From an uncultured virus (IMG/VR IMGVR_UViG_3300028746_000001) (taxonomy: Duplodnaviria > Heunggongvirae > Uroviricota > Caudoviricetes), in IMG/VR virus record IMGVR_UViG_3300028746_000001: 64,000 nucleotides of DNA, one strand, 5' to 3'. This document shows, in pieces, positions 56,634-64,000 of the stretch (its first letter is position 1; every line of letters starts with the position of its first letter). Both the position numbers and the translations under genes were made by a program. The notes beneath the pieces are model-generated. The model was not told where the DNA came from. It saw only the letters and a program-made list of their open reading frames with translations, and did not search any database.

Positions 56634-58438
56634 CTCCCTTGACGTATGGGTCGGTGTGCAGCGGGATCGAAGCGGCGAGCGTGGCGTGGGAGCCGCTCGG
56701 AATGAAAGCCGCATGGTTCTCGGAGATCGAAGCATTCACCAGCGCTGTGCTCAAACACCACTATCCGCATGTCCCGAATCTCGGCGACATGCGCTATATC
56801 GCCCGCCAGGTGCTTACCGGCTTGGTCGCGGCCCCTGACGTATTGGTAGGCGGAACGCCGTGCCAAGCGTTCTCTGTTGCTGGCCTGCGCGAGGGTCTCG
56901 ATGACGAGCGCGGCCAGTTGACCATGACTTACATGAGGCTGTTGGATGCAATCGACTTTATTCGCGGACGATCTGGACTTGAACCCGCCATCGCGGTCTG
57001 GGAAAACGTCCCCGGTGTCCTCTCCGACAAGACCAACGCATTTGGATGCTTCCTTGCGGGGCTTGCCGGAGAAGATGTCGAACTCGTCCCGGCAGGGAAA
57101 AAATGGGCGAACGCTGGTTGTGTGTTTGGACCCAAAAGAGCAATCGCATGGCGCATCTTGGACGCCCAATATGCAGGAGTGGCCCAACGACGCCGCCGTG
57201 TGTTCGTTGTCGCAAGTGCTCGTAAGGGATTCGATCCCTCCAAATTACTTTTTGAGTTCGATGGCGTGCGCAGGGATTCTCCGCCGAGCCGCAGCACGGG
57301 GAAAGACGTTACCGGAACTCTTAGCGCGCGCACTTCAGGCGGTGGCGGGCTTGGAACCGACTTTGACATAGCAGGTGGGCTGCAGCCTGTGACGGGAACG
57401 CTGGACACGATGCGCGGCGGTGCGGATGAAAACGACGCGAAGGATGGCCGCCTGATTCCGATGATCGCCCCGCCTGTTACCCGTTCAGTTGAACGTCCCC
57501 GCGGCGATGGTATCGACCCGTTGGTGTTGTGTATGGCGCACGGGCAGGCGGGTGCCGAGATTGCCGAGGACCGCTCGCCGACGCTGACATGCAACCACGA
57601 AGCGCCGATCGTGTACGCCTTCCAGCCGCGCATAGGGCGCAACGGTCGCGGCGATATGGGCGATATCGTCAGTGCCCTGACTGCGCAGGCGGGCGAGACA
57701 GGAAAGGGCGATGCGGCGCCGTGCGTGGCTATCGCAATCCCTCTGCTGGAAATTGGCAAGCGTACCGGCGTGAGCACGACTGATCCGCGCGCAGGGCTGG
57801 GAATTGGCTCGGACGGCGACCCGATGTTCACGTTGCAGGCTGGCGCGCAGCACGGCATCGCTATGGCGTTTCAGGACCGTTTCCGTGGTGACGATGGTCG
57901 CGGCTATGGCCGTGTGCCGCCCGTGTCGGTTGAGCAGGTCGGAACGCTGGAGACGGCCAAGCCGTGGAACGTCTGCGTTACCGGCGATATCACGCACACG
58001 CTCAAGGCTGAAGGCTTTGACGCGAGCGAGGACGGCACAGGGCGCGGCCAGCCCATCGTGCCGGTGGCGGACACGCTCACGTCGTCATGGCACAACTCGA
58101 ACGGCGCGACCGCTGGCAACAATGGCGGCGTCATCAATCCGATCCTGCATGGCATGCGCGTACGTCGCCTCGTGCCGATGGAGTGCGAGCGCCTGCAGGG
58201 CTTCCCCGATGGATATACGGACGTTCCCGTTCGCATGGTGAGTGCTGCGAATCAGGCGAAGGCGCGCGCCAATCCCGGCGACGACTTCATCGATATGGAC
58301 GGCGTCATGTGGACGCGCCCGGCCGATGGTCCGCGTTACAAGGCGCTCGGCAACTCGATGGCCGTTCCGTGCATGGCCTTCCTTGGCCGTCGCGTGCTGG
58401 CCTATCTCAATAACGAACTCGGAAGGGGTTTTCTGTGA
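56630..58438 (+). CDS. C5-cytosine DNA methyltransferase, large variable region
   Basis: CSGIEA (I), GGTPCQAFS (IV), WENVPG (VI), QRRRRVF (VIII), ECERLQGFP (IX), YKALGNS (X). Confidence 0.95.
   Translation: MTPLTYGSVCSGIEAASVAWEPLGMKAAWFSEIEAFTSAVLKHHYPHVPNLGDMRYIARQVLTGLVAAPDVLVGGTPCQAFSVAGLREGLDDERGQLTMTYMRLLDAIDFIRGRSGLEPAIAVWENVPGVLSDKTNAFGCFLAGLAGEDVELVPAGKKWANAGCVFGPKRAIAWRILDAQYAGVAQRRRRVFVVASARKGFDPSKLLFEFDGVRRDSPPSRSTGKDVTGTLSARTSGGGGLGTDFDIAGGLQPVTGTLDTMRGGADENDAKDGRLIPMIAPPVTRSVERPRGDGIDPLVLCMAHGQAGAEIAEDRSPTLTCNHEAPIVYAFQPRIGRNGRGDMGDIVSALTAQAGETGKGDAAPCVAIAIPLLEIGKRTGVSTTDPRAGLGIGSDGDPMFTLQAGAQHGIAMAFQDRFRGDDGRGYGRVPPVSVEQVGTLETAKPWNVCVTGDITHTLKAEGFDASEDGTGRGQPIVPVADTLTSSWHNSNGATAGNNGGVINPILHGMRVRRLVPMECERLQGFPDGYTDVPVRMVSAANQAKARANPGDDFIDMDGVMWTRPADGPRYKALGNSMAVPCMAFLGRRVLAYLNNELGRGFL
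56946..57371 (+). CDS. Nested alternative-frame polypeptide (M.EcoHK31I beta-like)
   Basis: +1 frame inside the MTase with GAGG RBS; WPN.A..CSLSQVL...YFLS..AC.GILRRA..RGK.LP. Confidence 0.65.
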   Translation: MQSTLFADDLDLNPPSRSGKTSPVSSPTRPTHLDASLRGLPEKMSNSSRQGKNGRTLVVCLDPKEQSHGASWTPNMQEWPNDAAVCSLSQVLVRDSIPPNYFLSSMACAGILRRAAARGKTLPELLARALQAVAGLEPTLT

Positions 58439-58651
58439 TGCGCAAGCGTCTTCTGTCTGCTGCCGTCGCCTCGATCGGCATGGGTCGTAGCTATGGCTCG
58501 TATGGCACGTATCAATCGTTCGGTTGGCACGGTGATCCGTGCGTGCCGGTGTCGCCAACCGTCTCCAAAGAGCGCAAATGCGCGCAATGCAAGGTCGGCA
58601 TCGTGACTGGCCGCCACTGCTTCAAGTGCGAAAACTCTAAGAGGAAATGAA

Positions 58652-58936
58652 ATGAAGTTCATTCAAAAGCATCCCCTGCCAGGGCAGGGCGGCTGTAGCT
58701 CACTCAACTTGCAGCCCGGCTCAAAGATCGTCCATATCGGCCTTGAGGGTGAGCAAGCATACGCATATTTCGATGGACCTTGCTCATACAGCGCGCCCGT
58801 CTACTGGGTCGTTGAAATCGTGCGCGAGGGTCAATCGTACGGCGACAACACGGAAGTGATGGGCTCATTCGATGACCCGATGATGCCGCCGAATTCAGGA
58901 AATCGCTTATTCGTCGTGGGCCGTATCAATGGCTAA
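58652..58936 (+). CDS. Hypothetical protein (paralogue 1)
   Basis: MKFIQKHPL... resembles the next gene. Confidence 0.6.
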   Translation: MKFIQKHPLPGQGGCSSLNLQPGSKIVHIGLEGEQAYAYFDGPCSYSAPVYWVVEIVREGQSYGDNTEVMGSFDDPMMPPNSGNRLFVVGRING

Positions 58937-59249
58937 GGTCATTCAAAAATTCCTTCTTCGTCCTCGCGGGGTTGTGCATACCGAACTGCTCCCGATTGGC
59001 TCATCGGTGACGCGTATCGCCATTGAGGACGGCTCTCCGTACGCATGGGTATGGATGGACCCGGCCGCGCCGCGGGACTGGCTGGTGGACTTTCTCGTCG
59101 TCTGCACGGGGGACCAAGTAGAGGACGCCGATCTCTATTGGCCGGTCAACTCATTCGCCGCTAACGATCTGCGCGCGACCATCTGGCATGGCCTGTCTCG
59201 CTGGCGCAAACAAGTCACCACATTACTGGAGCAACACGCGCATGGCTGA
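58929..59249 (+). CDS. Hypothetical protein (paralogue 2)
   Basis: MAKVIQKFLL...LP.GS...W...DP...TG. Confidence 0.6.
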   Translation: MAKVIQKFLLRPRGVVHTELLPIGSSVTRIAIEDGSPYAWVWMDPAAPRDWLVDFLVVCTGDQVEDADLYWPVNSFAANDLRATIWHGLSRWRKQVTTLLEQHAHG

Positions 59250-59745
59250 CAACATCGAATTAATCATGCCGCGCATGGCGAACGTCGCGGACCTCGTGCC
59301 GTACGGCCGAAACGCGCGCACGCACTCGGACGAGCAGGTCTCGCAGATTGCCGCCTCGATACGCGAGTTCGGATGGACGAACCCGATCATTCTTGGCACT
59401 GGCAATCGCATCCTCGCAGGGCACGGGCGCCGTCTGGCTGCGTTGCTCTTGCGTCTGAAGCGCGTGCCGGTCCTCGATGTCTCGCATCTGACCGACGAGC
59501 AGCAGCGCACGTACATCATTGCCGACAACAAGCTGACGCTCAACGGTGGGTGGGATCTCGAAGTGCTGAAGCTGGAAGTGCTCGAACTCGGCGCGCTCGG
59601 CGTTGACCTGGAGATTACGGGGTTCTCGGACGACGAACTGAAGGACTTGATCGATCCTGAGATTGACCCGCCAGAGGCCGAAAAGGGTGATGACGACCGT
59701 CCGACGTGCCCGCATTGCGGCCAGAAGTACAACGAGCAGCCGTAA
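59242..59745 (+). CDS. ParB/Srx N-terminal domain protein
   Basis: L.PY.RNARTHS..QV.QIAASI.EFGWTNPI...AGHGR...IADNKL; C-terminal CPHCG. Confidence 0.85.
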   Translation: MADNIELIMPRMANVADLVPYGRNARTHSDEQVSQIAASIREFGWTNPIILGTGNRILAGHGRRLAALLLRLKRVPVLDVSHLTDEQQRTYIIADNKLTLNGGWDLEVLKLEVLELGALGVDLEITGFSDDELKDLIDPEIDPPEAEKGDDDRPTCPHCGQKYNEQP

Positions 59746-59757
59746 TCAAAAAAGCCC

Positions 59758-59786
59758 TTGAATCTGCGTTAAGCGCAGAGTAAGAT
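59758..59786 (+). promoter_or_regulatory. Sigma70 promoter with operator
   Basis: TTGAAT-N17-TAAGAT; TCTGCGTTAAGCGCAGA at 59763-59779. Confidence 0.75.
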
Positions 59787-60012
59787 CGGTCCTTGCAGCA
59801 GAAAAACCAAGGATGTACCGAGGATTCTGCTGCAGGAGACGCGAAATGTTTCGTATTGACGAACTGCCGAAGGGATTAGACGCCCTGCAGAAGGCAACCC
59901 CGAAAGACCCCGTGCCGACCGGCTGGAAGTGCCCGGCCTGCCAATCAGTCAACGCGCCGCATAAGGACCAGTGCGGCTCATGCAACCCGAAAGTACCGAA
60001 ATAAGGACCCCA

Positions 60013-60396
60013 GTGAAACCGTTTGATCTTCAAGCCGCTCTTGCGGGCGAAAAGTTGGTGACGCGCGATGGCCGCGAAGCTCTGGACTTCCATCACTTCA
60101 AATCTGACAAGAGCATCAACCCGTGCGCCGCGATTATCGGCGGACAGGTCTATTGGTTTGCTTTGAATGGCCGCTCGGACTCAAAGGGCGAAGAACTTGA
60201 CGCTGACCTGTTCATGGCTCCGCGCAAGCGCACCGTGTACGTGAATGTCTACGACCACGCTGGCGACGTTGGTGGCGAAGGCCCGAAGGGAACCAAGGCG
60301 TATGCGTTCGATGAGGAGGCTGGCGCGATCAGCAACTCGAAGCACAACTCATGGGGGCTTCTGGCAATCGCTTTCCCGGTGGTGATTGAGGAGTAA
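60013..60396 (+). CDS. Hypothetical protein
   Basis: KPFDL.AALAGE..VTRDGR...DLFMAP motif. Confidence 0.65.
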   Translation: MKPFDLQAALAGEKLVTRDGREALDFHHFKSDKSINPCAAIIGGQVYWFALNGRSDSKGEELDADLFMAPRKRTVYVNVYDHAGDVGGEGPKGTKAYAFDEEAGAISNSKHNSWGLLAIAFPVVIEE

Positions 60397-60660
60397 GCGT
60401 GTTTTCCCGGCTTCTCAATACGAACTCGCATCCGCCGCGCTGCTTCTGGTGCGCAACTCATTGGGTCGCCGGGCAGTGCCCGAACAAATGCAACCCGTAC
60501 AAATTGGCTCGCATATGAACCTCGAACGCAAGTCGCTGAAACAGCGCAAAGAGGAAGCCCGTCGCTTCTTTCTGCAGTTTATGTCCGGCTGCATCGTCGG
60601 CTCGCTGATCGGCGGCGCACTGAGCGCAACCATCTATTTCATGAAACAAGGTGGCCTGTA

Positions 60661-61185
60661 ATGGCAATGACGCGTATTGAGCGCGAGATCCTGACGCGTG
60701 CTCGCAAGCACATTGCCGATGGCATGCATTTCCGCATTTGCTATGCGATCAATGACGCGTCATGCCATTTCATGCGCGGGCCGGAATCGCATGTTGAGGC
60801 CGTCAAGAAAGCACGCGATCGCCTGCGCTTTTTCATTATCGAATCAATCGGAAACCGCTTCGGATTGGAAGATTGGGTTTGCGACCAAGACAATGAGCAC
60901 TCGCATCTGTGGCGCGACCGCGACGCAATGAAGAAAGCGCGTCTTGCGTGGCTCGACTGGCTTCTGGATGAGCCGTGGACCGAGCACAAGGGCGGCCTGC
61001 AGCCGTTGATTGGTAGCGAGCGCGTGCAGGTCCGCTTTCGCAACGGCACGGAGCCCGACCCACGACCGGCTGACACGTTCCGCTGGGATCACTGGGAGAA
61101 GCTGCGCGATAGGTATTTGCGTGACAGCGGCGGCCCTTGCGACATCGTCGCCTACAAGGTCATTTACGAGGCTCCGCAATGCTGA
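60661..61185 (+). CDS. Hypothetical protein
   Basis: RLAWLDWLLDEP; C-terminal VQVRFRNG...W.H...DIVAY module. Confidence 0.65.
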   Translation: MAMTRIEREILTRARKHIADGMHFRICYAINDASCHFMRGPESHVEAVKKARDRLRFFIIESIGNRFGLEDWVCDQDNEHSHLWRDRDAMKKARLAWLDWLLDEPWTEHKGGLQPLIGSERVQVRFRNGTEPDPRPADTFRWDHWEKLRDRYLRDSGGPCDIVAYKVIYEAPQC

Positions 61186-61469
61186 CTCCGAACAAACGCA
61201 AGGTCCTGGCAATGGCGCGTATTGCGCTGGAGGACCGTCGCGTGGACTTCATTTGTCACGCGCTTGACTACGTGGAAGGCCGGAACGCGAACCTGCATGC
61301 CGAGTGCCGTGAACTGAAAATGTTTGTCATCCACGCGCTGGGCGAGAACTACACGCTGACGTGCTGGCAAGAAAAGAACGGATTCAGCGAGCGTTCCGAT
61401 TCGCAGTATCGCGCGGACCGCCTCGCATGGATCGACTGGATGCTGGACGAACCATTCCCACTTTACTAA
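61179..61469 (+). CDS. Hypothetical protein, paralogue of the previous N-terminal domain
   Basis: L..AR....IC.A...RLAWIDWMLDEP. Confidence 0.65.
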   Translation: MLTPNKRKVLAMARIALEDRRVDFICHALDYVEGRNANLHAECRELKMFVIHALGENYTLTCWQEKNGFSERSDSQYRADRLAWIDWMLDEPFPLY

Positions 61470-61483
61470 CTACAAAAGGAACT

Positions 61484-61813
61484 ATGGATCTCATTAAAGC
61501 AGTATTGGCCGTCGCAGGCATCGTGCTTTTCATCACGGGTCTGACCATCGGCGGACGCGAGATTGCGCTGCGCGCGAACGCTCACTATGCCCCTCGCGAG
61601 GAGCAAGTGCGCCACAACACGTTCGAGTGCTCGCAATCGCACAGCGACGGCATGGCGCGCGAGATTCGCCAGTATCAGGACCAGTACGGCACTGCTGATG
61701 CGGCAGGCAAGACGATCATTCGTCAACGCGTGTTGCAAGACGCCGAATCCCAAAACAGCGACGCTTGCCCGTTCCCTTCCGATGTTCAATCGTTTGTCCA
61801 ATCCCTTCGCTAA
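61484..61813 (+). CDS. Membrane-anchored hypothetical protein
   Basis: AAAGGA RBS; N-terminal TM segment. Confidence 0.65.
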   Translation: MDLIKAVLAVAGIVLFITGLTIGGREIALRANAHYAPREEQVRHNTFECSQSHSDGMAREIRQYQDQYGTADAAGKTIIRQRVLQDAESQNSDACPFPSDVQSFVQSLR

Positions 61814-61816
61814 TAC

Positions 61817-62374
61817 ATGAACCTCAAACACTATCGCCGCCCTATCGCCATCGCCGCTCTTGCTCTCGGTGGCTTCTTCGTCCTGACCGCTGAATCGTGC
61901 GACGACCAGACAGCGCCGACCGCGAATCAGCGCGAACAGGCAGCGCAGGCGCAGATCACGCGCGAGTCGCAAATGACGGTCGGCATGCCGATCATCACCA
62001 ACTTCAATCAGAAGAAGCAACTGAAGGCCATCATCGAAGCCTTCGACCAGCCGAACCTGATTACCTACTCGTACACGCAAGCCGCGTACACGGGCAAGCT
62101 GACGCCGCTCTGCCGCTCGCAGGGCTACGGCTTCAACGAAGCAACACAGTTCACGAACCCGATGCAAAGCGAATGGAAGTGGACCGGCAATAGCGGCATT
62201 GCGAGCGCCGTGCTGGGCCAGCCCGATCCGAGTGGCGTGTATTCGCCGACCACGTCCGAGGGAACGCTGCTGATGTGCCTGACGACGACGGGTAAGGTGC
62301 TGCCGGTGCGCAGCGAGCCGAACATCATCACGTTGCCGGTGCCGTACGAGCAACTCGACCGGACGGGGATGTAA
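61817..62374 (+). CDS. Exported protein/lipoprotein
   Basis: Signal-like N-terminus ending TAES-C; TQFTNP and QPDPSGVY motifs. Confidence 0.65.
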   Translation: MNLKHYRRPIAIAALALGGFFVLTAESCDDQTAPTANQREQAAQAQITRESQMTVGMPIITNFNQKKQLKAIIEAFDQPNLITYSYTQAAYTGKLTPLCRSQGYGFNEATQFTNPMQSEWKWTGNSGIASAVLGQPDPSGVYSPTTSEGTLLMCLTTTGKVLPVRSEPNIITLPVPYEQLDRTGM

Positions 62375-62376
62375 GG

Positions 62377-63300
62377 ATGCATCCGAACGTTAAAAGCCTC
62401 ATTGGCAAAACGTTCGGGCGCTTGCTTGTCGTGGGCACTGCGCCGCGCCCGGAAGGATCGAAGGGGCGCGGCCAGCATTGGGAGTGCATCTGTGAGTGCC
62501 TTGAGAGCGTCGTGGTGCGCTCCGATAGCTTGGTGCAAGGAAAGAGCACCTGCTGCGGATGCTCAAGCCCGCAGACGGCGCTGATGCGCTCCTACATTCG
62601 CCCACGTCATCCGAAATCGACCGTATCCGTACACACTCATACAGCGTGTACGGAATCTAGCCATACAACACTTCTGAACATGACCGAAAAGAAAAGCGCG
62701 TCTTCGGACACCGTAGCGGTGAAGCGCGAAGAACTCGAAGCTATGCGCAATACGCTTGCCAATGTAGGGCCGGGCACGCTGCTGAACGCCAACAATGGCG
62801 TGAAGGGCGCGCTAGATCGCATCCTGAACGACGCGCCGAGGGCCAGCTACGCGAACGAGAACGACAAGCCGCGCACCGTGAAGGGCGAGACGCTGACTGA
62901 GCAGGCGCTCCGCATCGCTTCCACGGGCTCGGTGACGATCACTGGCGATATCAAGCTGTCGGGCGATATCAAGGCGTGCAGTCAGGATGAGCAGCCCGCA
63001 CGCTATACCGGCCTGAGTTTCAAACCCGCCACCGTCGATCTGACTGAGCGCAAGCATTCGCACTACTTCAAAAAGTGCCCGTATGACGAGGTCGATATCT
63101 ACCGCATCCTCGAACTGTTCAATATCACTGACCAGAAGCTGGGCCACGCTATCAAAAAGCTGCTGGTGGCTGGCGGACGCGGCGCCGGGAAGGACATCGG
63201 AACGGACATTAAAGAGGCGATCGACACGCTGCAGCGCTGGCAGGAAATGCGCCACGAGGACGAAAACGCCGCGGTGCTGAGCGAGCGGGGCTGCGCATGA
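62377..63300 (+). CDS. Homing-endonuclease N-terminal remnant in frame with a hypothetical protein (second start at 62680)
   Basis: LIGKTFGRLLV...WECICEC...STCCGC; C-terminal HSHY...DIYR...HAIKKLL..G.RG.KD. Confidence 0.55.
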   Translation: MHPNVKSLIGKTFGRLLVVGTAPRPEGSKGRGQHWECICECLESVVVRSDSLVQGKSTCCGCSSPQTALMRSYIRPRHPKSTVSVHTHTACTESSHTTLLNMTEKKSASSDTVAVKREELEAMRNTLANVGPGTLLNANNGVKGALDRILNDAPRASYANENDKPRTVKGETLTEQALRIASTGSVTITGDIKLSGDIKACSQDEQPARYTGLSFKPATVDLTERKHSHYFKKCPYDEVDIYRILELFNITDQKLGHAIKKLLVAGGRGAGKDIGTDIKEAIDTLQRWQEMRHEDENAAVLSERGCA

Positions 63301-63379
63301 GCCATCTGTCGCCGGAAGTGTGCTGGACCCTCACCGTATTTTTTGGCTGGGCAGTGGGCTTTTATATGGGCCTCACGGC

Positions 63380-64000
63380 ATGATCCCGGTCCACCAGGAG
63401 AACACGCGCGGGCGCGACTTCGTCATTGGCGATCTGCACGGCTGTCCGGATGTGCTCTATCGCCGCATGGACGAGAAGAGGTTCGACCCGACGGTTGACC
63501 GCATCTTTGCGACCGGCGATCTGGTAGACCGCGGCCCCAACTCCGAGGGCGCGCTTGCGCTGCTCGATGAGCCGTGGTTCTTTTCCGTCATGGGCAACCA
63601 CGAGGACGCCGGCATTCTGTTCGCGACCGGCAAGCTTAGCGATACCGGCTGGTATGCGGGGATCGGCGGGGCATGGATGATTGGCAAGATGCCGCACGAG
63701 CGCATGGATTACGCGTTAATCATGACGTTCATGCCGATCGCCATGGAAGTGGAGATTGGCGGTGGCCGCCGCGTGGGCATCGTGCATGCCGACTGTCCGT
63801 TCGATGACTGGCAGAAGTTCCGGGATTCGCAGTTGCCTGACCCGAACCAGACGATTCTGCGTGCGGACGCCATTCGCGGCACGGCAATGTGGGCGCGCGG
63901 AAGGCATGAGCGGTCCGATATCAGCCCCGTGACGGGCATCCACGCGGTAATCGTGGGTCATACCCCTCAAGAGCGCGTCACGAGCCTTGGAAACGTCTAT
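63380..64000 (+). CDS. Metallophosphoesterase (NinI/PphA-like), partial
   Basis: Manual translation gives GDLHG, GDLVDRGP, GNHE, VHA and VGHTP; runs off the window end. Confidence 0.9.
   Translation, partial: MIPVHQENTRGRDFVIGDLHGCPDVLYRRMDEKRFDPTVDRIFATGDLVDRGPNSEGALALLDEPWFFSVMGNHEDAGILFATGKLSDTGWYAGIGGAWMIGKMPHERMDYALIMTFMPIAMEVEIGGGRRVGIVHADCPFDDWQKFRDSQLPDPNQTILRADAIRGTAMWARGRHERSDISPVTGIHAVIVGHTPQERVTSLGNVY

Noticed and set aside
59242..59745. ParB partner of parA
   Set aside because: Lacks the HTH/dimer domains and is far from parA, which already has an RHH partner

Overview
The window is about 64 kb of a temperate contractile-tailed phage that appears to be a phage-plasmid. The host is probably Burkholderiales, inferred from GC content of roughly 60% by eye and the SSB tail. 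Layout: neck, tail, baseplate, fibre and lysis genes (1-24.2 kb); an iteron Rep3 replicon with ParA/RHH partition genes (26.6-28.9 kb); a recombination operon (SSB, SbcC-like ATPase, RecT, HNH, exonuclease); a CI/Cro switch with lytic replication genes and an antirepressor; a 2.1-kb non-coding RNA island (41.98-44.1 kb); many small early genes; then terS, a serine resolvase, a C5 methyltransferase and a phosphatase. No capsid, portal, terL or integrase lies in the window. Highlights: (1) a candidate ~665-nt end-paired, pseudoknotted large ncRNA with an internal tRNA-like domain, next to 2 tRNAs and several tRNA mimics lacking an anticodon loop; (2) a 17-bp operator TCTGC-N7-GCAGA found at about 13 intergenic loci, often inside promoters; (3) a late promoter motif TCGTGAC-N3-ANNNT that places the ATG at the predicted +1 of four genes (leaderless mRNAs); (4) a repressor lacking its autocleavage dyad; (5) a methyltransferase with a nested alternative-frame subunit and ~8 TRD-like modules. 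All protein calls come from motif recognition by eye; no database search was run.
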